A stretch of 64,000 nucleotides of DNA from an uncultured bacterium. GTDB lineage: Bacteria; Planctomycetota; Phycisphaerae; Phycisphaerales; SM1A02. The stretch covers positions 2,386-66,385 of the forward strand of contig CAIUGT010000125.1 in the NCBI GenBank assembly GCA_903898755.1, written 5' to 3'. Shown one piece after another: positions 54,722 through 62,534 of this stretch. The position numbers were made by a program, and so were the translations under genes. The notes under the pieces were generated by a model that worked only from the letters and a program-made list of their open reading frames with translations, was not told the DNA's origin and did not search any database. Numbering within the stretch: position 1 is the first letter of the stretch; each line of letters begins with the position of its first letter.

Positions 54722-56129
54722 TTTTTCTTGTATTCGAGACTGTGTGCTCTCTTAGTCGATCAAAGCACGCCGTGAATCTCGCCACGTCCTCATCGGATAG
54801 CGGTTTAGTCCAATCGTTGTACTTGGCAGGCATGAAACGGGCTAGGTACTGAACATACGCGGCGAGAATTTCTGAGCGATCTGGCTTTGGTTTGGAAATT
54901 GCCGCACGAATCTGCTTGGAAAGATCCGTGATTCGACCGGTTCTTTCGACGCTTGGGAAATGCAAGTAGGGAGATTCACCGAACATCAAAACGGGCTTGC
55001 CAAGCAGTGCGGATTCCAAACAGATCGTCCCCTGAATTCCAAAAATGAGACCAGCTTGATTTATAAAGTCGCGCGACGAAGCGGTTGGGTGAACAAGTTG
55101 AACATTGGGAAGCGCGAGGAGTTGTCGAAGTTGCCTTGGCGAATAATTATCGGCGTCGCTGATGTGCACTTTCACCAGCAACCGCATGTTTGGCGGCATG
55201 GCACGCACAATCTGTTGGATCAGATGGAACTGGTCAGAGAAGAAAGGAGCCCATGCGTCAATGGACGATTCGGGCTGCATGTGCAGCGCAAAAAGAGCGA
55301 AGAGAGCTGCCGGCGGTTGACGAACGAACAACTTGTTGGGAAACAAAAGAGTGTTTCGCCGTTTACGCATGTATTGGATGCTCATTTGCATTGGACTCGC
55401 TTTTGTGAAGCGATCAAAAAAGCCGTTGAATGCCAGCGTTGTTCGTTGGATCACCGTTGAGAGGTGTGTCGGCAATTTCTTGAGCACCATGCCTATCGAA
55501 TGAGCGGAGACAAATGCGGGGGTTTGTGACCGTAGCGACTCAAACGCTACAAGTGCCTCCGTGGCCTCATGCTGAAGAGATTCATCCAGAGGTCGCAGAA
55601 TTTTGAGTTGGGCATCTGGGCAAATCTGGTCGCAGAAAGCTAGATAGCCTCGGGGAATTGTTGTGAAAGCCATTGCCACCCATGGAATGTCGAGAGATCG
55701 ACAAACCGCAAGCCCAATGCCCGCATCCAAGCTGTCAAATCCACCGATCACGACATCTGGTTTCTTTGCTTTCAGGATGCTTGTGATTCGTTGGGCGAGA
55801 AGAGTAGCGTAGGACAGTGCTTCCGAATTCGGAAGTTTGCGCAGAATTCGATCGCCAAGGATCATGTTGTGAATCGTCGGGATCCCATCGGCCTCGAGTG
55901 ACGCAAGAAGGTCGAGATCTGGCGGCGGCAACGGGTCGCCCCTCGCCTTGCGAACGGGAATCACATCCGATCGATGTGACTTCTTGTTCAGGATGGCGGC
56001 GTCAATGTCGGTGTGGACGATGTGTGTGAATCTAAAATCCGAGGATTCCTGGATGCGGTCGAGCATCTTTTCGATTAGAAGCGCGTCCCAGCCAATACTT
56101 GTGATATTGAAATGGGTGTCCGATGGCAT
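54699..56129 (-). CDS. Capsule_synth (KpsS/KpsC-like) domain glycosyltransferase; candidate nonulosonic-acid transferase
   Basis: FALHMQPESSIDAWAPFFSDQFHLIQQIVRAMPPNMRLLVKVH and GIQGTICLESALLGKPVLMFGESPY resemble the Capsule_synth fold motifs. The gene lies directly downstream of pseI. Confidence 0.45.
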   Translation of the reverse strand: MPSDTHFNITSIGWDALLIEKMLDRIQESSDFRFTHIVHTDIDAAILNKKSHRSDVIPVRKARGDPLPPPDLDLLASLEADGIPTIHNMILGDRILRKLPNSEALSYATLLAQRITSILKAKKPDVVIGGFDSLDAGIGLAVCRSLDIPWVAMAFTTIPRGYLAFCDQICPDAQLKILRPLDESLQHEATEALVAFESLRSQTPAFVSAHSIGMVLKKLPTHLSTVIQRTTLAFNGFFDRFTKASPMQMSIQYMRKRRNTLLFPNKLFVRQPPAALFALFALHMQPESSIDAWAPFFSDQFHLIQQIVRAMPPNMRLLVKVHISDADNYSPRQLRQLLALPNVQLVHPTASSRDFINQAGLIFGIQGTICLESALLGKPVLMFGESPYLHFPSVERTGRITDLSKQIRAAISKPKPDRSEILAAYVQYLARFMPAKYNDWTKPLSDEDVARFTACFDRLREHTVSNTRKSVSTDDA

Positions 56130-56187
56130 CGGAGATCAGCATAACAAAGGGACGAAGCAAATTTCTCTTCGAACGAGTTTGAAGAAA

Positions 56188-57264
56188 TTATGACGACGGG
56201 AATCGCTCGAGCAGATCCCACGCCAGCGCGGTGCCTCGCGGAATATCGGTTTTCACCTTTAGTCCCAGTACATCGTCTAGATGTTTCGGCGACAACCCTA
56301 AACCTGGCCGAATAGCCCGAACACCCTCTTGTGTCAGTACATCGCCGGCTTTGAGATCCTTCACGATGTAGAGCGATCGACGAAAAATAATGGAAGCCTT
56401 CTCCGCCTGTGTTGGTCCATAGCTGACTTCGCCGAGTGATTGCCAAGCTCGTTTGGTTTCTACCACTAAACGAGCCATCTCCGCGGGTTCCATAGAAAAG
56501 GTGCTGTCTACGCCACCGTCGGCGCGACTGAGCGTGAAATGTTTTTCGATCACCGTTGCGCCAAGAGCAACACTAGCGACAGAAACTCCTACGCCCATAG
56601 TGTGATCGGAGAGACCGACTTCGCACTTGAATCTGTCTCTCAGATGCGGGATGGTTAGAATATTAGTGTTTTCCGCAGTGGCGGGATAGGTACTTGTGCA
56701 CTTCAGCAGAATAAGATCCTTGCATCCTGCCAAGCGCGCCGCAGTGACGGTGTCATCCAATTCAGCTTCGGTTGCCATGCCTGTTGAAATAATAATCGGC
56801 TTGCCTGTTGCTGCGACTCTGCGAATCAGGGGTATATCAGTATTCTCGAATGAGGCAATTTTATAACATGGAACATTCAGGCCTTCAAGAAAGTCAACGG
56901 AGGTGTCATCAAACGGAGTGCTGAAGGCGATCATTCCATGTTTCCTCGCGCGCTCGAAAATAGATTTATGCCACTCCCATGGGGTGTAGGCTTGACCGTA
57001 CAGTTTGTAAAGAGAAGTGCCAGTCCACAAACTGTTGGGATCACTAATGTGAAACTCGCGCTCATCCAGATCCAGCGTCATTGTGTCGGGTGTATAGGTC
57101 TGGATCTTCAGCGCATGGGCACCGGCCTTGGCAGCCGCCTCGACAATTTCAAGCGCGCGCTCTAGCGACTGATTATGGTTGCCGGACATCTCGGCGATGA
57201 TGAAGGGGGAATGATCAAGATCAATCGCTCGCCCAGCGATAACGATATTTGGTCTACTCGTCAT
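56188..57264 (-). CDS. pseI: Pseudaminic acid synthase
   Basis: IIAEMSGNHNQSLERALEIVEAAAKAGAHALKIQTYTPDTMT, YKIASFE and LLKCTSTYPATAENTNILTIPHLRDRFKCEVGLSDHTMG, plus a C-terminal SAF domain. Confidence 0.85.
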   Translation of the reverse strand: MTSRPNIVIAGRAIDLDHSPFIIAEMSGNHNQSLERALEIVEAAAKAGAHALKIQTYTPDTMTLDLDEREFHISDPNSLWTGTSLYKLYGQAYTPWEWHKSIFERARKHGMIAFSTPFDDTSVDFLEGLNVPCYKIASFENTDIPLIRRVAATGKPIIISTGMATEAELDDTVTAARLAGCKDLILLKCTSTYPATAENTNILTIPHLRDRFKCEVGLSDHTMGVGVSVASVALGATVIEKHFTLSRADGGVDSTFSMEPAEMARLVVETKRAWQSLGEVSYGPTQAEKASIIFRRSLYIVKDLKAGDVLTQEGVRAIRPGLGLSPKHLDDVLGLKVKTDIPRGTALAWDLLERFPSS

Positions 57265-57904
57265 TCTTGTCCTTTTCGATTCGAATCAGATATCGACAGC
57301 CGCGATAATAGAAAAATGCAGGGAATCGTTCGGTGTCGACCACGCGCAATAGTTCGAATTGATCGGCGATCGATTTATCGGGGTCGAGGCGGCTGTCTTC
57401 TGGAGATCGTTTGACCATGTACGAGCCCGAATTACCCAGTTGGGGGATGGGTCGAATAGTTTCAAATTGATCAACTGCTTTGGTCATCAGTGAAAGTTCC
57501 GCTTCAAACAACTTTGCGTTGATTTCAGGAAGGAGTTCGTGACCTTCAAGCGAGAATTTCGTCTTGAGCCAGATGGCACCACTGTCCACGGGTTCGCTGG
57601 CTTCAATCAGGCTTACTGTGATTTGAGATGCTCCGGCTAGAATCGACCAGATATAAGGTGACCATCCTCGGCCTTGCGGTAAGTCGCTGGCATGTAGAAC
57701 AAGGGTTGCCTTGTACTTTTGCCTGACGGAAATTTCGATCAACTCGCCGCAGGAAACAAGGAAAAGAATATCTCCACCCTTTAATTCTGATTTACGATGA
57801 TCAAGTCGAACAATGTGTCCCTTGACTGACATCTCGGAATTCCATCGCTTGAGATGATTTACCACAGGATGATGCGGATCGGTGCAAAGGACGGAAATAT
57901 TCAT
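57254..57904 (-). CDS. Formyltransferase-like protein (Formyl_trans_N fold) occupying the usual PseH slot
   Basis: DILFLVSCGELI and LHASDLPQGRGWSPYIWSILAG fit the SLYxxHxSLLPxxRG-type formyltransferase core, followed by ITVSLIEASEPVDSGAIW. There is no GNAT motif. Confidence 0.65.
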   Translation of the reverse strand: MNISVLCTDPHHPVVNHLKRWNSEMSVKGHIVRLDHRKSELKGGDILFLVSCGELIEISVRQKYKATLVLHASDLPQGRGWSPYIWSILAGASQITVSLIEASEPVDSGAIWLKTKFSLEGHELLPEINAKLFEAELSLMTKAVDQFETIRPIPQLGNSGSYMVKRSPEDSRLDPDKSIADQFELLRVVDTERFPAFFYYRGCRYLIRIEKDKNDE

Positions 57905-57905
57905 A

Positions 57906-58979
57906 TCAATAGCCCAGGGCTAAACAGAGCCTGTCAACACCAAGTCCATCAACTAGTGAAAAGGCTTTAGTAGACATTGTGAACGTTCGATCCGGATTTC
58001 GCAGTATTTCAAGAATAGCATGGCGCATGGTGGCGTCGTTGGCAACGCTTTGCGAACCTAGATATTGGCAAGCGCCAAAAGAGTCAAGTGCAGACGTGAT
58101 TTCAATTTGATTGTTGGCGAGTGACACAATAAGGGAGGGTAATCCCAAGGAACAGCGCTCCCAAGTTGCGGACCCGCCTGCGCCAATGCAAAAATCAGCA
58201 TTTGACATGAGCTCCGCCATTCGTGATGTTTCTACATGACAATTAAAATTATATTGTAAGCATTGAGAATTAATTTCTTGAAGTTGTGAATGTTCAGCTC
58301 CGATCACTACGTCGACCGCGATCTCTGTGCCGCAAATTTGGCTGAGAACCTCGATGGTGCGGCCAGTGTGGTTCCCCGCATCCATTCCGCCAAAGAAAAC
58401 CAAGATCTTTTTCACGGGGCCAGTACGCGGGTTTGTTTTTGTGCGCCAAACTCTAAATTCATCTCGCAGTAGTGCATAGCGTGGACCTAGTAGCAGCGCG
58501 CAGGTTGTAGGAACCTTGCCGACATATCGTTTGTCCGCGTTGAGATAGAAGTTTTGGTCAAGGAGTACATCACAATCATGCATTCGATCCGCGGTGTCGT
58601 CGATAGCCATGATGCGTGAAGCCTTGGCGCGTAAAGAAGTTTCCCATCGCGCATCTATGCCATAGTGATCGACAATAATCCAATCTAATTTTACGTTATC
58701 TAGAGCCGCAATTGTTTCGGTTGCATCTTGATGCTGAGATACGCCAAGCAATTTGGATTGAGGAAGATCGTCAAGAGGGTCGCTATTGGGTGCACTGTTG
58801 AGACGCAAGACTTGGTGCCCACTTGAAGTCAAGATGCTTTCTAAATATTGCGGTAAATGGCGGCAAATAAAGACGGACTGGACGTCACGTTTTTGCAGGG
58901 CGTTCGCCAATGTCAAACAGCGCATCACATGGCCCACGCCGATTTGGGTCGAGGCATCGGCTCGGAAGGTAATGTTCAT
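57906..58979 (-). CDS. pseG: UDP-2,4-diacetamido-2,4,6-trideoxy-beta-L-altropyranose hydrolase
   Basis: MNITFRADASTQIGVGHVMRCLTLANAL has the N-terminal PseG signature. GT-B fold. Pse locus context. Confidence 0.8.
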   Translation of the reverse strand: MNITFRADASTQIGVGHVMRCLTLANALQKRDVQSVFICRHLPQYLESILTSSGHQVLRLNSAPNSDPLDDLPQSKLLGVSQHQDATETIAALDNVKLDWIIVDHYGIDARWETSLRAKASRIMAIDDTADRMHDCDVLLDQNFYLNADKRYVGKVPTTCALLLGPRYALLRDEFRVWRTKTNPRTGPVKKILVFFGGMDAGNHTGRTIEVLSQICGTEIAVDVVIGAEHSQLQEINSQCLQYNFNCHVETSRMAELMSNADFCIGAGGSATWERCSLGLPSLIVSLANNQIEITSALDSFGACQYLGSQSVANDATMRHAILEILRNPDRTFTMSTKAFSLVDGLGVDRLCLALGY

Positions 58980-58991
58980 AACTTCGCCCCG

Positions 58992-59618
58992 TTATAAAAC
59001 ATTTCGTTCCATGAGGAACCAAGTAATATCGTCCTGGGGAAAACAGGGATCTCTTCGATATGCGAACCCATAATCTAAGAGACGCATTTGAGAATGACGT
59101 TCCAGAATTTCTCCCGCAAAGTCGCGCTTGAAGAGTCGATCATTGTGTCCGCGATAAGGAATGGCTATTGGAGTGGGATTATAATATTCCGCAACCAAGA
59201 GGTATCGCGCGCATGATGCCACCAACTTGTCATAAACGCTCAGTAGTGAGGCGGGGTTGATGTGAATCAACACTCCTTTTATGAGGACTAAATCCCAGGT
59301 TCGCAGTGGGGCAAAATCCAAAATTGAGCTGTTGACTACATTGCTTGCGGGAATCACTCGCGCGAGTTCGTTCGAAGCCCCAGTATTGATTTCAATGCCA
59401 TGCAATTCGACGGCCGGATAGAGCAGTTTCATCGCTTTGAGGTTCATGCCAATATTGGCTCCAAACTCAATGCAACTCTTGACTCCGCCAGCCGTGCGCA
59501 AGGCCGTAGAGAAGAAATTCAAATTCGATGCCAATAGCGCATCACCCTGATTCCGTTGAATATATTCGTTGCCGAAACTCCCAGCCCAAAATGTTTCTTG
59601 TTCCGTCTTGAATTCCAT
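58992..59618 (-). CDS. Pseudaminic acid biosynthesis-associated methylase
   Basis: The N-terminus is MEFKTEQETFWAGSFGNEYIQRN and the SAM motif is CIEFGANIGMNL. It lies between pseF and pseG. Confidence 0.7.
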   Translation of the reverse strand: MEFKTEQETFWAGSFGNEYIQRNQGDALLASNLNFFSTALRTAGGVKSCIEFGANIGMNLKAMKLLYPAVELHGIEINTGASNELARVIPASNVVNSSILDFAPLRTWDLVLIKGVLIHINPASLLSVYDKLVASCARYLLVAEYYNPTPIAIPYRGHNDRLFKRDFAGEILERHSQMRLLDYGFAYRRDPCFPQDDITWFLMERNVL

Positions 59619-59621
59619 GAC

Positions 59622-60341
59622 TTAGCCTTCTTGGTGGCGATTGCGCTCGCTTGATTGAAGAATGCGGAAAAGTTGCTCTGCGCGTTCCCAATCTTCGATC
59701 GTATCAATGTCTTGCACTCGAAATGAGGGAAGTCTGATCGCTGCTGACCCATGTCCAAAGATGACTTTGCCGGCGATCCAAGCATCTGAACGTCCCCAGT
59801 AAAACTGTCCAGCATCGTGGAATGAATCTTCGAGATCTTGAGAACGCGTGTTGAACTGCTTTGGGTCAAACATTTCTACAGTTCCTTGATCTGTAATACG
59901 GATTGCTCTTTGAATTGGGAACGGGTACTTGGTCACCGAGAAAGCGTAGTCGAAGTTGGTACTCGAATTGACGAGTTGATCGAATCCGGCGCGGAGATCG
60001 GGTGCTTGAATAAACGGCGCAGTGGCGTAGATGCAGCACGTATGCAGCGGCGCGATCCCTTGCTCACGAAGCCAGTCGATGGCATGGGTGACTACGGGAA
60101 TTGTCCCAGTGTGATCGTCCGCAAGAGACTTCGGGCGCATGAACGGGATTTCGGCGCCATACGTCTTTGCAACATCGGCAATCTCTTCGTCATCCGTCGA
60201 CACGATGATGCGCTCGAAACAACCGCTAAGTTGCGCCGCCTCGATCGACCAAGCAATGATCGGCTTGCCATGAAAAAGACGAATATTCTTTCTTGGAATG
60301 CGTTTGCTGCCGCCGCGTGCGGGGATCACGGCGATGTTCAT
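59622..60341 (-). CDS. pseF: Pseudaminic acid cytidylyltransferase
   Basis: MNIAVIPARGGSKRIPRKNI and CMP-sugar synthetase fold motifs. ATGA overlap with pseC. Confidence 0.85.
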   Translation of the reverse strand: MNIAVIPARGGSKRIPRKNIRLFHGKPIIAWSIEAAQLSGCFERIIVSTDDEEIADVAKTYGAEIPFMRPKSLADDHTGTIPVVTHAIDWLREQGIAPLHTCCIYATAPFIQAPDLRAGFDQLVNSSTNFDYAFSVTKYPFPIQRAIRITDQGTVEMFDPKQFNTRSQDLEDSFHDAGQFYWGRSDAWIAGKVIFGHGSAAIRLPSFRVQDIDTIEDWERAEQLFRILQSSERNRHQEG

Positions 60342-61498
60342 GTCTCAATTGCCTTTCTTAGCGCGGCCACGACTCGATCTTGTTGATCTTCTGTGATGCC
60401 CGAATACATTGGAATACTTATCGCGTCGGCATAATATCGCTCCGACTCTGGAAAGTGCGATGGATTGAAACCCATTTGTGCATAGTACGGTTGGCGATAG
60501 ACAGGAATGTAGTGCAGATTGACGCCGAAACCAGCTGCTCGTAGCGCTTCAAAGACTTCACGATGCGATTTTTTGGTTTTAGGTAAGCGCAAGCGAATGA
60601 CGTACAAATGAAATGCCGAATAAACATCCAGGGGTTGCAATTGAACCGTCACGGGTAAGTGCGCAAGCATTTTTGTGTAACGATTTGCGATTTGATTTCT
60701 AGTTTCCACAAACTCTTCAAGCCTTTTCATTTGGCTGAGACCTAGCGCGGCATGGATATCTGTCAATCGGTAATTCAACCCTAATTCTAGTTGCTGGTAG
60801 TACCATGGACCGTCTGGTTCGTGGGTCATTTCAGCGGGGTCGCGGGTAATACCATGCGTGCGTAGTCGCGCCATATGACTGGCCAGTTTGTCGTCATTGG
60901 TGACAGCCATGCCACCCTCGCCTGTGGTGATGATTTTAACTGGATGAAAGCTAAATACAGCGATGTCGCTGAAGCGGCAATTGCCAACTGGTTCACGGCG
61001 ATATGTCCCTCCAATAGCATGCGAAGCATCTTCAATAATTTTGAAACCGTATTGTTGGCCAAGCTCATGAATGGCGGCCATGTCGCACGATTGTCCGCAA
61101 AGGTGGACTGGGATGACAACTTTTGGAAGTTTCCCAATTTTTTGCGCGCCCTTTAGTTTGGAACGAAGGCACTCAACACTCATGTTGTAGGTGAGGGGAT
61201 CGATGTCAACAAAATCAACAGCAGCCCCGCAATATCGAGCGCAATTTGCACTGGCGACAAATGTGATGGGGGATGTCCAAACGAGATCGCCATTGCCGAC
61301 TCCTAAAGCCAGGCAAGCAATGTGCAGAGCACTAGTAGCGCTATTGACCGCCACTGCATGGCGAACGCCACAGTGCATGGCGACGGCATTTTCAAATGCT
61401 GGAACAACGGGGCCTTGTGTTAGAAAGTCAGAGCGTAATACCTTGACAACCGCGTCAATGTCTGCTTGATTAATGTCTTGACGTCCGTATGGGATCAT
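60338..61498 (-). CDS. pseC: UDP-4-amino-4,6-dideoxy-N-acetyl-beta-L-altrosamine transaminase
   Basis: MIPYGRQDINQADIDAVVKVLRSDFLTQGP, IIEDASHAIGG and FSFHPVKIITTGEGG (PLP lysine). Confidence 0.9.
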   Translation of the reverse strand: MIPYGRQDINQADIDAVVKVLRSDFLTQGPVVPAFENAVAMHCGVRHAVAVNSATSALHIACLALGVGNGDLVWTSPITFVASANCARYCGAAVDFVDIDPLTYNMSVECLRSKLKGAQKIGKLPKVVIPVHLCGQSCDMAAIHELGQQYGFKIIEDASHAIGGTYRREPVGNCRFSDIAVFSFHPVKIITTGEGGMAVTNDDKLASHMARLRTHGITRDPAEMTHEPDGPWYYQQLELGLNYRLTDIHAALGLSQMKRLEEFVETRNQIANRYTKMLAHLPVTVQLQPLDVYSAFHLYVIRLRLPKTKKSHREVFEALRAAGFGVNLHYIPVYRQPYYAQMGFNPSHFPESERYYADAISIPMYSGITEDQQDRVVAALRKAIET

Positions 61499-61504
61499 GG
61501 AAAA

Positions 61505-62503
61505 TTATATCTTGCCAATTTTCGCGCGGTTCTGCTCGATCCACGCGCGCAAGGAATCGGGGCTCATCCAATCGGGATTATTGTCAGAGCAATATGTGAA
61601 ATCCGCCGCGACCAACTTGCCGCCGTGGTTTCTATTGGTGTCTTTACTCCAGTTATGTATGGCTGGAAGGATTTTAAAGTGGGAGTCATATTCGTATGTG
61701 TGGGGAGCATCTTCGGCACCAATCATTTGCTCGTGCAACTTTTCACCAGGGCGAATACCAATAACATCGTGCCGAGCACTCGGCACTGTTGCGCGCGCGA
61801 TCTCTGGCAATTTCATGGATGGGATTTTTTTGACATATATTTCCCCGCCATGCATATCTTCAAAGGCATGCCAAACAAGCTCAACACCTTGTTCCAAGGT
61901 GATCATGAAGCGGGTCATACGCGCATCAGTAATAGGAAGTATCCCCTTATCGGCAAGGCTTAGAAAATATGGAATGACAGAGCCCCTTGAGCCCATGACA
62001 TTTCCATATCTCACTACGGCAAAGCGCGTGGAATGGCTGCCAGAATATGAATTACCAGCAATGAAAAGTTTGTCAGCAGTGAGTTTGGTGGCGCCATAGA
62101 GATTGATGGGACTGCTAGCCTTGTCCGTTGAAAGGGCGACCACGCGCTTCACGCCTTGGTCAATAGCCGCGTCAATGACATTCATTGCGCCTATGACATT
62201 GGTTTTGACGCATTCAAATGGATTGTATTCCGCAGTAGGCACAATCTTGGTGGCTGCTGCATGAACAACATAATCAACGCCATCAAGGGCGCGAGAAAGA
62301 CGATCTTTGTCGCGGACGTCGCCAATGAAGAAGCGGACTGCATTATTGTTGCCGTAAATCTTGGCCATTTCCCATTGCTTCATTTCGTCGCGGGAGTAGA
62401 TGACTAGCCTACGTGGCTTATATTTTTCCAAAGTCATTGGCACAAATGTGTGGCCGAAAGAGCCTGTTCCACCGCTAATTAGGATTGATGAATTAGTAAG
62501 CAT
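61505..62503 (-). CDS. pseB: UDP-N-acetylglucosamine 4,6-dehydratase (inverting)
   Basis: ILISGGTGSFGHTF, VVHAAATK, YGATKLTADKLF and RYGNVMGSRGSVIP. Confidence 0.9.
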   Translation of the reverse strand: MLTNSSILISGGTGSFGHTFVPMTLEKYKPRRLVIYSRDEMKQWEMAKIYGNNNAVRFFIGDVRDKDRLSRALDGVDYVVHAAATKIVPTAEYNPFECVKTNVIGAMNVIDAAIDQGVKRVVALSTDKASSPINLYGATKLTADKLFIAGNSYSGSHSTRFAVVRYGNVMGSRGSVIPYFLSLADKGILPITDARMTRFMITLEQGVELVWHAFEDMHGGEIYVKKIPSMKLPEIARATVPSARHDVIGIRPGEKLHEQMIGAEDAPHTYEYDSHFKILPAIHNWSKDTNRNHGGKLVAADFTYCSDNNPDWMSPDSLRAWIEQNRAKIGKI

Positions 62504-62534
62504 AATTTTTTATGTTTGCAAAGTCTGAGGAAGA

